A stretch of 64,000 bases of DNA from a virus. The position numbers and the translations under genes are program-made. The notes under the pieces are model-generated. The model worked only from the letters and a program-made list of their open reading frames with translations, made no database searches and had not been told where the DNA came from. The stretch is from positions 30,729 through 94,728 of the IMG/VR virus record IMGVR_UViG_3300032304_001060, one strand, 5' to 3'. Shown one piece after another: positions 17,389-25,039 of the stretch (positions are counted from its first letter, which is position 1; each line of letters begins with the position of its first letter).

Positions 17389-17559
17389 ATGACTGATGAA
17401 CAACTATTAGAACTACTCCAATGTTACGATGCTGAATGCCTTTATGACCCCGAAACCGATGATCAAAATGGTACTCAATACTTTCAAATTGCAGGTAACT
17501 CATTTCGTGTTAGGAAAACACTTCGTGATTACCTCTATTCAAAAGGTATTCTTAACTAG
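17389..17559 (+). CDS. lone opposite-strand small protein (56 aa), probably leaderless
   Basis: MTDEQLLELLQCYD...; TAGACT-N7-ATG; fills the gap between two minus-strand genes. Confidence 0.55.
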   Translation: MTDEQLLELLQCYDAECLYDPETDDQNGTQYFQIAGNSFRVRKTLRDYLYSKGILN

Positions 17560-18355
17560 CACCTCTCCATCCAACCCATGAAAGGGCTTGGAATTGAGGG
17601 CGTGAAAGATTTTGACTTGGATCATAGAACTGATGCGCTAAGTGATGGGCTGCTTGCAAGGTTCTGTAACGACGTATTGCTGTTCCGCCACTGCTGATCG
17701 CCCGTGAATCATCACCAAATTTTTGACCCATCGCTGCATCATGCTGATGTCGGTCTATTGTGTAACCCAGTCCCTGACCTCCACCAGTCCACGTCTCTGG
17801 TTCAGAGATAGAGCCTGCAAAATCACGTAACTTTGGTGATCCGTAGACTACTGCAGGGTGCGTGTTGTTATCGACAGCACGTTGAAGAACAGGGGTTGAA
17901 AGATGTTTTGCAATCTCTCCAGTCTCCATAGAGTGCTTAATAAGTCCTTCTCGTCTTGCTTCACTGCTGTTTTGACTGTAACCACTTGCTAACAACAATC
18001 CTGCAAGTTCTGGGTGCTCTGGATGGTAAAGTGGCAATCCCTTTGCTGCACGTGCTGCGTTAAACGCTGTGCCGATTGATGCATTTCTCTCGCGTTCATT
18101 TGGGTACCACTGAAGTGCTTCCCCAACAAGTCCTTTACGTTCTGCAGTAGCGGCTGTTTCTGCAATTCTCTCTGCCATGTGTCGAACAGATCGGTGTGCT
18201 TGCAGTCCAGGAAGATCTGTAATTTCAGTACTCATCGTTCTTTGTCCTGGTACTTGAAAAAATGGTTTAAAAGTATCCATTGGAAGAACTTGAGGAGTTG
18301 GTTGTCCTACCCCAATACCTGTTCCAAATTCATTAGTTCTTCCCATTACGACCAC
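17552..18355 (-). CDS. phage HhH-glycosylase-like protein (DUF7178-like)
   Basis: QWYP, PKLRDF, YTIDRH, YRTL, QFQALSW motif order. Confidence 0.5.
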   Translation of the reverse strand: MVVMGRTNEFGTGIGVGQPTPQVLPMDTFKPFFQVPGQRTMSTEITDLPGLQAHRSVRHMAERIAETAATAERKGLVGEALQWYPNERERNASIGTAFNAARAAKGLPLYHPEHPELAGLLLASGYSQNSSEARREGLIKHSMETGEIAKHLSTPVLQRAVDNNTHPAVVYGSPKLRDFAGSISEPETWTGGGQGLGYTIDRHQHDAAMGQKFGDDSRAISSGGTAIRRYRTLQAAHHLAHQFYDPSQNLSRPQFQALSWVGWRGAS

Positions 18356-18885
18356 GCTGGCTTTAGGTAGGCCATCATCTGACGACGACGTGCATCGATC
18401 TGACCTGGTTGATCTGCTTGTGTATTTGCTTTACCATCGTTTACAAGGTGTGGTGCTGGAGTCAAATCTATTTGTGGAGCATTTCGTAGGCTCTGGTATG
18501 TGACAGCACCGTTGAGTGGATTAACAACTGGCTGTGCCTTCATCTGGCGCTCAATACCCATCATCGGGTGAACTTGCTCAGGCCAGTAGTACATAGATGG
18601 CTCAATGCGCTCACCCTTGTGTACGCCACGTTGATAGGCTTTCTGGTTGACGCGAGACTTGATGCTATCCAGTAAACGGTCATCACGACGTGAACGGATA
18701 GTACCAAGATAGCCATCTGGGTATTCCGCAGATGGAACTCGACCAACACCAATACGGAGTGAGTCTAAGGTATCTCGTGCTACAGGAGTTCCTGCACCAC
18801 CCTGGTTATTGTAACCAGCAAGGCCACCGCCTCCTAGAGATTGCCAGTTCTGGGAAGGAGAGTAGTTATTATATCCTCCTGGCAT
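18346..18885 (-). CDS. hypothetical protein
   Basis: 179 aa; PSAEYPDGYLGTIRSRRDDRL, YQRGVHKGERI. Confidence 0.75.
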   Translation of the reverse strand: MPGGYNNYSPSQNWQSLGGGGLAGYNNQGGAGTPVARDTLDSLRIGVGRVPSAEYPDGYLGTIRSRRDDRLLDSIKSRVNQKAYQRGVHKGERIEPSMYYWPEQVHPMMGIERQMKAQPVVNPLNGAVTYQSLRNAPQIDLTPAPHLVNDGKANTQADQPGQIDARRRQMMAYLKPAWS

Positions 18886-18886
18886 G

Positions 18887-19495
18887 TTACGCCTTCCTAA
18901 ATGCTTCTAGTGCTGCTGCCTTTTGTTTTGGCGTAATCTTGCGTCGTGCTTTACTGACCTCACGTTGTTCTTTAAGTGAGGCTACAACATTTTCTGCTCT
19001 TGGATTAACAGTTCTTTGCCCTGTTTTCTCATCTTCAAAGTGTGTTGGGAGAGTCTTTCCTGCACCTGCTGCATAAACACCAAGTTGCTTTTGACCAATA
19101 CCACGAGTCAACGCTTCTTCAAGAGAGGAACTTGAAGCACGTCCACCAACACGATCAGAAACGTCCAAGTAAGTCTTCTTTGAATTTTCATCCTGCCAAA
19201 TTCCCTGATGAACGTTTGCGCTTTCTTCTGGAGTTGCTGCACGAGCACTCATGAATCCTGTTGGAACAACTTTTTCAGCAACGCCCTTGATTGAACGCAT
19301 ATGCTCTGAGACAGCAGGGACATCGGCTAAACCACCGACGACTTCATTACTGCCACCTGCTTCTACAGGTACACGAGGGTCACGAGATACGTAGTACCCT
19401 GAACCTCTACCTGCTCTACCTGTAGCAATCTCACGAGAACCACCGATCATGTGAGCAAACTGTGCGTCGCTAAGTATTGGTCGATTGTCTGACAT
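18887..19495 (-). CDS. hypothetical protein (N-terminal LSxxQF)
   Basis: 202 aa; ILSDAQF; GIWQDE...TYLDVS. Confidence 0.75.
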   Translation of the reverse strand: MSDNRPILSDAQFAHMIGGSREIATGRAGRGSGYYVSRDPRVPVEAGGSNEVVGGLADVPAVSEHMRSIKGVAEKVVPTGFMSARAATPEESANVHQGIWQDENSKKTYLDVSDRVGGRASSSSLEEALTRGIGQKQLGVYAAGAGKTLPTHFEDEKTGQRTVNPRAENVVASLKEQREVSKARRKITPKQKAAALEAFRKA

Positions 19496-19746
19496 TATGC
19501 ACGTCCAAAACTTGCGCCTGAATCAGACTTCGGTATAACAGAAGCGCCGCCAGCGTTATCATCAAAGTTATAAGTAGATCCTGCAGTCCTGCTTGAGTAT
19601 GCCATTGGACGTCCACGACCTAAAGATTTATTGCGCCACGCAGTAGCGTTGGCTGCAGAACCCATGGTGTTTTTACCTAGGGCTAAAGGTGTTTCAATCT
19701 CTGGCTGACTATCTTCGCCACCAAATTGTGTTGATGACAGTGGCAT
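19495..19746 (-). CDS. hypothetical protein (N-terminal LSxxQF)
   Basis: MPLSSTQFG. Confidence 0.7.
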   Translation of the reverse strand: MPLSSTQFGGEDSQPEIETPLALGKNTMGSAANATAWRNKSLGRGRPMAYSSRTAGSTYNFDDNAGGASVIPKSDSGASFGRA

Positions 19747-19747
19747 A

Positions 19748-20203
19748 TTAGTAGGTGCTATCTACGCCGCTGTTAAAGTTAGGTGCTTGACGTCCAGAAA
19801 TTGAAGGAACAATCTTTGAATTTCCCATTGTTGTTCCTAGTTCTGATTGATGAACTCCTGGAAACTTTGCTCCAACAATGTAACGAGCACCTGAACGTTC
19901 TGCCTGTGCAGCAGGTGCTGCAAGAACGTTCTTACGGTTTGCTTTGTTCATAATTGTTGGATCGCCTGCCTGCATGTTCTTCTTCGGCATGAGTGTGCCC
20001 TTAAGTGGAGCAGCACTCATGTCTGCAACGTTTGACATCTGGCCAACATAACGACGAGCGCTGTTAGCGTGTTCTGCAGAAGCGATAACTTCTTCTGGTG
20101 TCATGTGATTTCTGCTCATGTTTTTACCTGCTGACTCTAGATGGTTTGAGGGTGAACCCATGCGACGACGCATAGCGTGTCCCATATCTGTCCAAGTTGC
20201 CAT
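19748..20203 (-). CDS. hypothetical protein
   Basis: 151 aa, AAGGAG RBS, TATCCT -10 upstream. Confidence 0.75.
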   Translation of the reverse strand: MATWTDMGHAMRRRMGSPSNHLESAGKNMSRNHMTPEEVIASAEHANSARRYVGQMSNVADMSAAPLKGTLMPKKNMQAGDPTIMNKANRKNVLAAPAAQAERSGARYIVGAKFPGVHQSELGTTMGNSKIVPSISGRQAPNFNSGVDSTY

Positions 20204-20240
20204 AGTGACTCCTTAATGTTGATACAAGGATACGGCGGAA

Positions 20241-20531
20241 TTAACTGGCTGTAATGGCAAATACGATGGCGCTAATTTCTCCATCACGAGACTCAATTGT
20301 GGTAAAACCTGGCTTACAGACGAGATCCAGGCCACGAGGAGCCACATAACCTCTTGCGATTGCCATTGCTTTTACGGCTTGATTGACGGCTCCAGCGCCT
20401 ACGGCACGCATCTTGACCTCGTGCTTTTCGTAGATGGCGTGTGCAATTGCAGAGGCAACGCTCTGCGGATTGGAAGATGCGCTAACTCGTAGAAATTGCT
20501 CGTCAGCAGATGCGTCGGGTGTGTTATTCAA
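20241..20531 (-). CDS. spoVS: SpoVS-family (Alba-like) protein
   Basis: LRVSASSNPQSVASAIA...RAVGAGAVNQAVKAMAIARGYVAPRGLDLVCKPGF. Confidence 0.9.
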   Translation of the reverse strand: MNNTPDASADEQFLRVSASSNPQSVASAIAHAIYEKHEVKMRAVGAGAVNQAVKAMAIARGYVAPRGLDLVCKPGFTTIESRDGEISAIVFAITAS

Positions 20532-20584
20532 TTTTTAGTCCTTTAGATCGAATTTGTGTGCCGCTCCTGGACTAAATGGTAAGG

Positions 20585-21172
20585 CTAAAGTCGTGCTTGG
20601 TCTCTGTATTTAGGATCTTTCATTTGCTCAATAACTGCAGCCTCTACCGAGTCAATATGGACTTCTGCAGCAAGACGTGCCAGCCCGTAGGCATCGGCTG
20701 CATTGTCGTCGTTAAATTCCATGCCCCATCTCTTGTATATCTGCAGGAGCATCTCTTGTTTTTTGGCGTTTCCTTTACCAGATGCATACTTCTTCAACGT
20801 CATGGGAGGAACCTTCAAGGGGAATCGACGATCATCATTTTCATCAAAGTAATCAAAGATTGCAAGGCGAACAGTTGCTGAGAGTTCTCCAAGCACCAAG
20901 GCTGCATGGCTTGCAAGGACTGTTCCTTCCATGGCAATGTCTTGAATGATTGCGCCCTGCTCTTCTAAATACTCAAAATGATCTGTTAACCATTGGCGAA
21001 TATCTGACAGTCTTTCTACACCAAAGTACGGAGACTTATACACCCATGTAATGTGTTCTGCTGGAGCAGTAGTGTTAACTGCAGATAAGGCAAACCCAGT
21101 AAGAGATTGATCAATCCCAATTCCTACAGGAACTCCGTAAGATAATTTTCCATCAATCAGTTTGGTTGGCAC
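20585..21172 (-). CDS. ruvC: RuvC-like Holliday junction resolvase
   Basis: GIDQSLTG, IAMEG, PMTLKKYASGKGNAKK, DNAADA. Confidence 0.85.
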   Translation of the reverse strand: MPTKLIDGKLSYGVPVGIGIDQSLTGFALSAVNTTAPAEHITWVYKSPYFGVERLSDIRQWLTDHFEYLEEQGAIIQDIAMEGTVLASHAALVLGELSATVRLAIFDYFDENDDRRFPLKVPPMTLKKYASGKGNAKKQEMLLQIYKRWGMEFNDDNAADAYGLARLAAEVHIDSVEAAVIEQMKDPKYRDQARL

Positions 21173-21443
21173 GGAGTTTTCTTTCTTCAATAACCATCTC
21201 AATGGTTCCAAGATAACCTGCCCCGTCCGTCAAGTTATCGCGTTTGTGTTTGTAAGACTCTCTTGCAATCTTCACCCACGCCATGGCAAGTCCAACTTGT
21301 TCTTCAGTAATTTCGCAATCGAAGATTACTTCCCAACCTCGTTTGATGCGGTTGAAGTTATCCAACGGATGATCATAGGAGTAATTACGATCTCCATAAA
21401 TCAACTCAGTTGCTTCTTCAAGAATAGACTTGTCTTCTTTCAT
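21153..21443 (-). CDS. DUF6378-like nucleotide-modification-associated protein
   Basis: ILEEA..LI.GDR..YDHP..NF.RI...W...KIAR...DN..D.AGY. Confidence 0.8.
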   Translation of the reverse strand: MKEDKSILEEATELIYGDRNYSYDHPLDNFNRIKRGWEVIFDCEITEEQVGLAMAWVKIARESYKHKRDNLTDGAGYLGTIEMVIEERKLRANQTD

Positions 21444-21895
21444 AGCGTAAACGAATCCCTTCTACCGATAGTTTGTGAGCGACGACTTATTTCTCTAGAT
21501 ACAAGAGTAATGTCACGTTCTTGGTTATTTAACATCATCTCCAAGATTTTACGATAAGCGTACTTCTCTTCGTACTTATCACGCAAATCTTGAATGTCTG
21601 GATCAATATCGATCTGAGCCTTAATAAGAGAAACAGTGGTTCCTTTAGGTGACCCCGTAGTCAACGCCACAAGTGCTCGGCTCTCAGCCAGTTCTGTCTT
21701 ACGAAGAGAGTTACGTTCAGCCAACTGAGCCTGCACCAACTGACTAGCCATGTAGTCTGCCCATCCAGTTAAGATGGTGAACATCTCAGCCAGTTGTTCA
21801 CTACTCAGTTCAGTTATGTCTGGTGGAAGAATGGCTTGATCGTAGACTGGCTTAGGTAAATCTAAGCCACTCTGCATAATTGGTGATAGTTCCAT
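21440..21895 (-). CDS. coiled-coil protein, possible UvsY-like recombination mediator
   Basis: helical, C-terminal SREISRR; recombination gene context. Confidence 0.5.
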   Translation of the reverse strand: MELSPIMQSGLDLPKPVYDQAILPPDITELSSEQLAEMFTILTGWADYMASQLVQAQLAERNSLRKTELAESRALVALTTGSPKGTTVSLIKAQIDIDPDIQDLRDKYEEKYAYRKILEMMLNNQERDITLVSREISRRSQTIGRRDSFTL

Positions 21896-21897
21896 AG

Positions 21898-22743
21898 TTA
21901 CTCCTCAATTAAATCGCATTGCTTACAGCCGCTGGAATCCACATTACACTTAGGAAGAGAACCAGCGTTAACCGCATCATTAATCTGTTGTGCCTTGTAG
22001 AAAATCCTATCAACGACATCGTAATCGGCCTTCACTGTGAACTCTTTGTAGTCTTGATCCATCTTTAGTTCATATAAGAAAACGATTTCTTTTGGCGCTT
22101 CCTCCCCAAACATACGGCGTGCAAGTTCCAGGTACATCTGCCCCTGCAACAAGTGGCCACGGAATGGGCGACGAATGTTTCTCCACGCCTTCTTCAAGTC
22201 ATGGTCTGCATCACGAAGTAAGTCAGGCGCTTCAAAACGAAGAGTTCCCTCACCAATTGACTTGATTTCAATCAGGTAATCATCACCTAGACCTTTGACC
22301 CAGCCATCTGTATGGCCTGCAATACGTAATGAATTATCAAGCATCTTTACTTCGTCATAGACCAAGGTCTTACAGAAACAGTGCTGACAAACCTTAGGTG
22401 ATAGGCCAGAGGTAATTAAGTCGCAATTCTGACACTTAAAATCTCCCCAGAGATTGCCCATCTCATAGATGCGGTTCTGCCACTTTGCATGGATGAAGTG
22501 CCCCTCATCAAAGATATTCTGCAGACGAAGATTTGGATTGTCTTGCTTCTTTTTGCCACCCATAAGGAGATAGGCCGAGTATCTGTGACAGAAGTCAGCC
22601 TTAATCATCTCTGATGGGTGCAATACGGTAGTACTACGATCGTCAGGAGTCCTCTTCATAAGGTGACGCTCTATGGGTCCAATAAGACGAGTATCAGTCT
22701 TCTTGGTATCTAAGTACTTCTGTAGATCGTTCTTAACTACCAT
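21898..22743 (-). CDS. Cas4-like PD-(D/E)xK exonuclease
   Basis: HPSE..C, GHFIH, GHTDG, IEIKS, QGQMY, C-terminal C-x6-CxxC. Confidence 0.85.
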   Translation of the reverse strand: MVVKNDLQKYLDTKKTDTRLIGPIERHLMKRTPDDRSTTVLHPSEMIKADFCHRYSAYLLMGGKKKQDNPNLRLQNIFDEGHFIHAKWQNRIYEMGNLWGDFKCQNCDLITSGLSPKVCQHCFCKTLVYDEVKMLDNSLRIAGHTDGWVKGLGDDYLIEIKSIGEGTLRFEAPDLLRDADHDLKKAWRNIRRPFRGHLLQGQMYLELARRMFGEEAPKEIVFLYELKMDQDYKEFTVKADYDVVDRIFYKAQQINDAVNAGSLPKCNVDSSGCKQCDLIEE

Positions 22744-22746
22744 GTC

Positions 22747-23076
22747 TTAATCCTTGTCTACGCTGAAAATAAAATCTCTGAGGGTCATCTTCTTCTTAAA
22801 CTTCTTTTGCCACTTTCGTATTAGTGCGTTTCTTTCTCGGTGAGATAGCCCGCCCCAAATACCATGAGGTTCGTCACGGGATACTGCATCCCACAAACAC
22901 TCGGTTCTTACTGGACATGGATTCTTTCCTGTCTCTCCAAAGCAAAAGCCTTTTGCTTGCGTAGCCAAAGTCTTGTACTGCTCTTTATCACGAGGTGGAT
23001 AAAAGATGAGCGTTGTTTCGTCTTGACCTTTACAACGGGCTTTGTATCGCCAGATGTAATCTGGTTCGTCTTCCAT
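22747..23076 (-). CDS. whiB: WhiB-family transcription factor
   Basis: WRYKARC...FYP...FC...CPVRTEC...GIWGGLSHRER. Confidence 0.93.
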   Translation of the reverse strand: MEDEPDYIWRYKARCKGQDETTLIFYPPRDKEQYKTLATQAKGFCFGETGKNPCPVRTECLWDAVSRDEPHGIWGGLSHRERNALIRKWQKKFKKKMTLRDFIFSVDKD

Positions 23077-23397
23077 TTATTTTTCATCCTTTAGTTTCTC
23101 CCTCATCTCAAGTAAGTCATCTTCCAAAAGAATAACGTAGTTAACACCATCTAGATAAAGGCCAAAGACTGGCATTCGTCCATCAAGTATTGCTTCCGTT
23201 GTGATCTTCTTTAATTCTTCTGACTTTATGGTTTTGGTTTTCTTTCCTGTCCACTTATGTTCGATCAAGAGATCCTCTGATCTAACATCGCCCTTCCTTG
23301 ACCAGAACGCCCCAGACGCCGCATTTGTTGAGCCACCAATCTTCTTGGCTAGTCTCTTCTCATGCTTCTGTGACTGTTTTTGACCTTCACTTTTCAA
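23077..23397 (-). CDS. Hjc-like PD-(D/E)xK nuclease/resolvase
   Basis: HEKRLAK, SGA, KGDV, LIEHK. Confidence 0.75.
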   Translation of the reverse strand: MKSEGQKQSQKHEKRLAKKIGGSTNAASGAFWSRKGDVRSEDLLIEHKWTGKKTKTIKSEELKKITTEAILDGRMPVFGLYLDGVNYVILLEDDLLEMREKLKDEK

Positions 23398-23626
23398 TTT
23401 CGATCTTTCCTTGCTCGTAGCCTTCTATGATACGAGGTACAAGGTAAAACAATGTCTCACGCCAAAAACAAGAAGAACATCCACAGAAGAGTTCTTTTGA
23501 AAGAGTTTCACTTAAAACTTCTTCTTCTGCCATCGCTGCCTCAAACAACATGTCGGTGTATTCCTCTACGCCCTTCTCTAAGTCGTGAGCCCATGCTTGA
23601 TCTGTTACGTTAAATTCCTTATGCAT
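23387..23626 (-). CDS. hypothetical protein
   Basis: FCGCSSC motif; overlaps the recA end. Confidence 0.65.
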   Translation of the reverse strand: MHKEFNVTDQAWAHDLEKGVEEYTDMLFEAAMAEEEVLSETLSKELFCGCSSCFWRETLFYLVPRIIEGYEQGKIEIEK

Positions 23627-24665
23627 CTGTTTCTCCTGCCATTGGGTTGTCGGGTGTTTCAAACACTAACTTGCGGATAGCGTCTTTTAATTCAATCTCT
23701 TCACGAATACTTTGGATGACTGGATCAATACCCTGCCACTTGCGTTCACCAAAGTAGTACCAACCACCCTTACGTTGAATAATGTCCTTGACCACTGCAA
23801 GGGCTGCAACTTCTTTAGCGAAGTCGTACTCACCTGGTAAACAATCCCCACCTTCTGAGAAATAGAAATCAAAGTACGCCACACGCTGTGGTGGTGCGGT
23901 CTTATTCTTTAGTGTTCGTACCTTAATTCGTTGACCAATACGGTTCTTATTTCCGCTAGGTCCAATCTCAATCCATTCATCACGGCGAATTTCAAGACGT
24001 GTAAAGAAAGCGTAATCTTTACCCTGTCCTCCTGGAGTTGTGCGTGGATCTCCGTGCATAACTCCGATCTTCATTCTGTATTGGTTAATGATAATTCCAA
24101 GAACTGGACGCTCATCTTCAACAAGACTACGCTTCATTGCAGATCCGACTACACGAAAAAACTTGTTCGTGAGCAACGCTCCGCGTCCTACAGTCATCTC
24201 ATTCATGTCCTTCTCCATTTCAGGAGCGGGAGACAGCGCTGGAAGAGAGTCAATGACAATCGCATCGACTGACTTAGATTCAGCAAATTCAATAACAGAC
24301 TGGTAAGCCTCTTCCATGACGTTGGTCTCAATCACAATGACTCGGCTTGTATCAACGCCACACATCGCGGCGTACTCTGGTACCCACTGCTCTGCTGCAA
24401 CCCAGACAGTTGTGTGCTCTGGATCAAGCGCTTGGTTTGCCGCGATGGTCTTAAGCGCAACTGCAGTCTTGCCGTGTGAAGGTTCTCCTATGAGTTCATT
24501 CCATTGATTACCAGGAAAGCCACCACCCAGCACATAATCCAAAGTAGTTGAGCCTGAAGTAATGCGAGGTATAAGGTCGTTGCGAATATCAGAGGCAACA
24601 ACCACCACGTTATTTCCAAACTTTTTATTAAGCGTTGCAACAATTTTACGGGCTTCATCATTCAC
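23619..24665 (-). CDS. recA: RecA recombinase
   Basis: SGSTTLD..LGGG, GEPSHGKT, IVIDSL, INQYRMKIGVMHGDPRTTPGG. Confidence 0.95.
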   Translation of the reverse strand: MNDEARKIVATLNKKFGNNVVVVASDIRNDLIPRITSGSTTLDYVLGGGFPGNQWNELIGEPSHGKTAVALKTIAANQALDPEHTTVWVAAEQWVPEYAAMCGVDTSRVIVIETNVMEEAYQSVIEFAESKSVDAIVIDSLPALSPAPEMEKDMNEMTVGRGALLTNKFFRVVGSAMKRSLVEDERPVLGIIINQYRMKIGVMHGDPRTTPGGQGKDYAFFTRLEIRRDEWIEIGPSGNKNRIGQRIKVRTLKNKTAPPQRVAYFDFYFSEGGDCLPGEYDFAKEVAALAVVKDIIQRKGGWYYFGERKWQGIDPVIQSIREEIELKDAIRKLVFETPDNPMAGETDA

Positions 24666-25039
24666 TAGTTAATCCTTCCAATAATTCCTTGTGGGTTCCA
24701 ATTACTTGCAACATCATTACCTCGTGCATCTCGTGCAGAACCTTCGACTTTTGCACCAGTCAACGATCCATAACGACTTCCTGATTGATTAATTGGGTAT
24801 CCGCAGTCGTAACAACGTGGTGCAGCATTCTGAACTGCCATGTAGTTATTGCCACCACACTCAGGGCAAGATTGAGTTTGACTTGCACTACCAATACGCA
24901 ATGACGGGACTTGTGGCTGTGGTGCTTGGTACGGAGTCATAGGCTGTTGTGACGGTGGCATTGGAACATCTGCTGGTCGTGCCTGCGGTTGTGCAGGTTG
25001 TGTACCTAACTGTTTAGCCCACCAGTCTGCATTACTCAT
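24665..25039 (-). CDS. zinc-ribbon protein
   Basis: CPECGGNNY...CYDCGYP. Confidence 0.7.
   Translation of the reverse strand: MSNADWWAKQLGTQPAQPQARPADVPMPPSQQPMTPYQAPQPQVPSLRIGSASQTQSCPECGGNNYMAVQNAAPRCYDCGYPINQSGSRYGSLTGAKVEGSARDARGNDVASNWNPQGIIGRIN

Noticed and set aside
17393-17456. CTGATGA ... CGAAAC, possible second hammerhead
   Set aside because: Stem II cannot close (A opposite C) and no stem I or III pairing; better explained as a small ORF.
21898-22743. CRISPR-Cas system suggested by a Cas4-like gene
   Set aside because: No repeat-spacer array or other cas genes; solo Cas4-like nucleases are usual in phage recombination modules.
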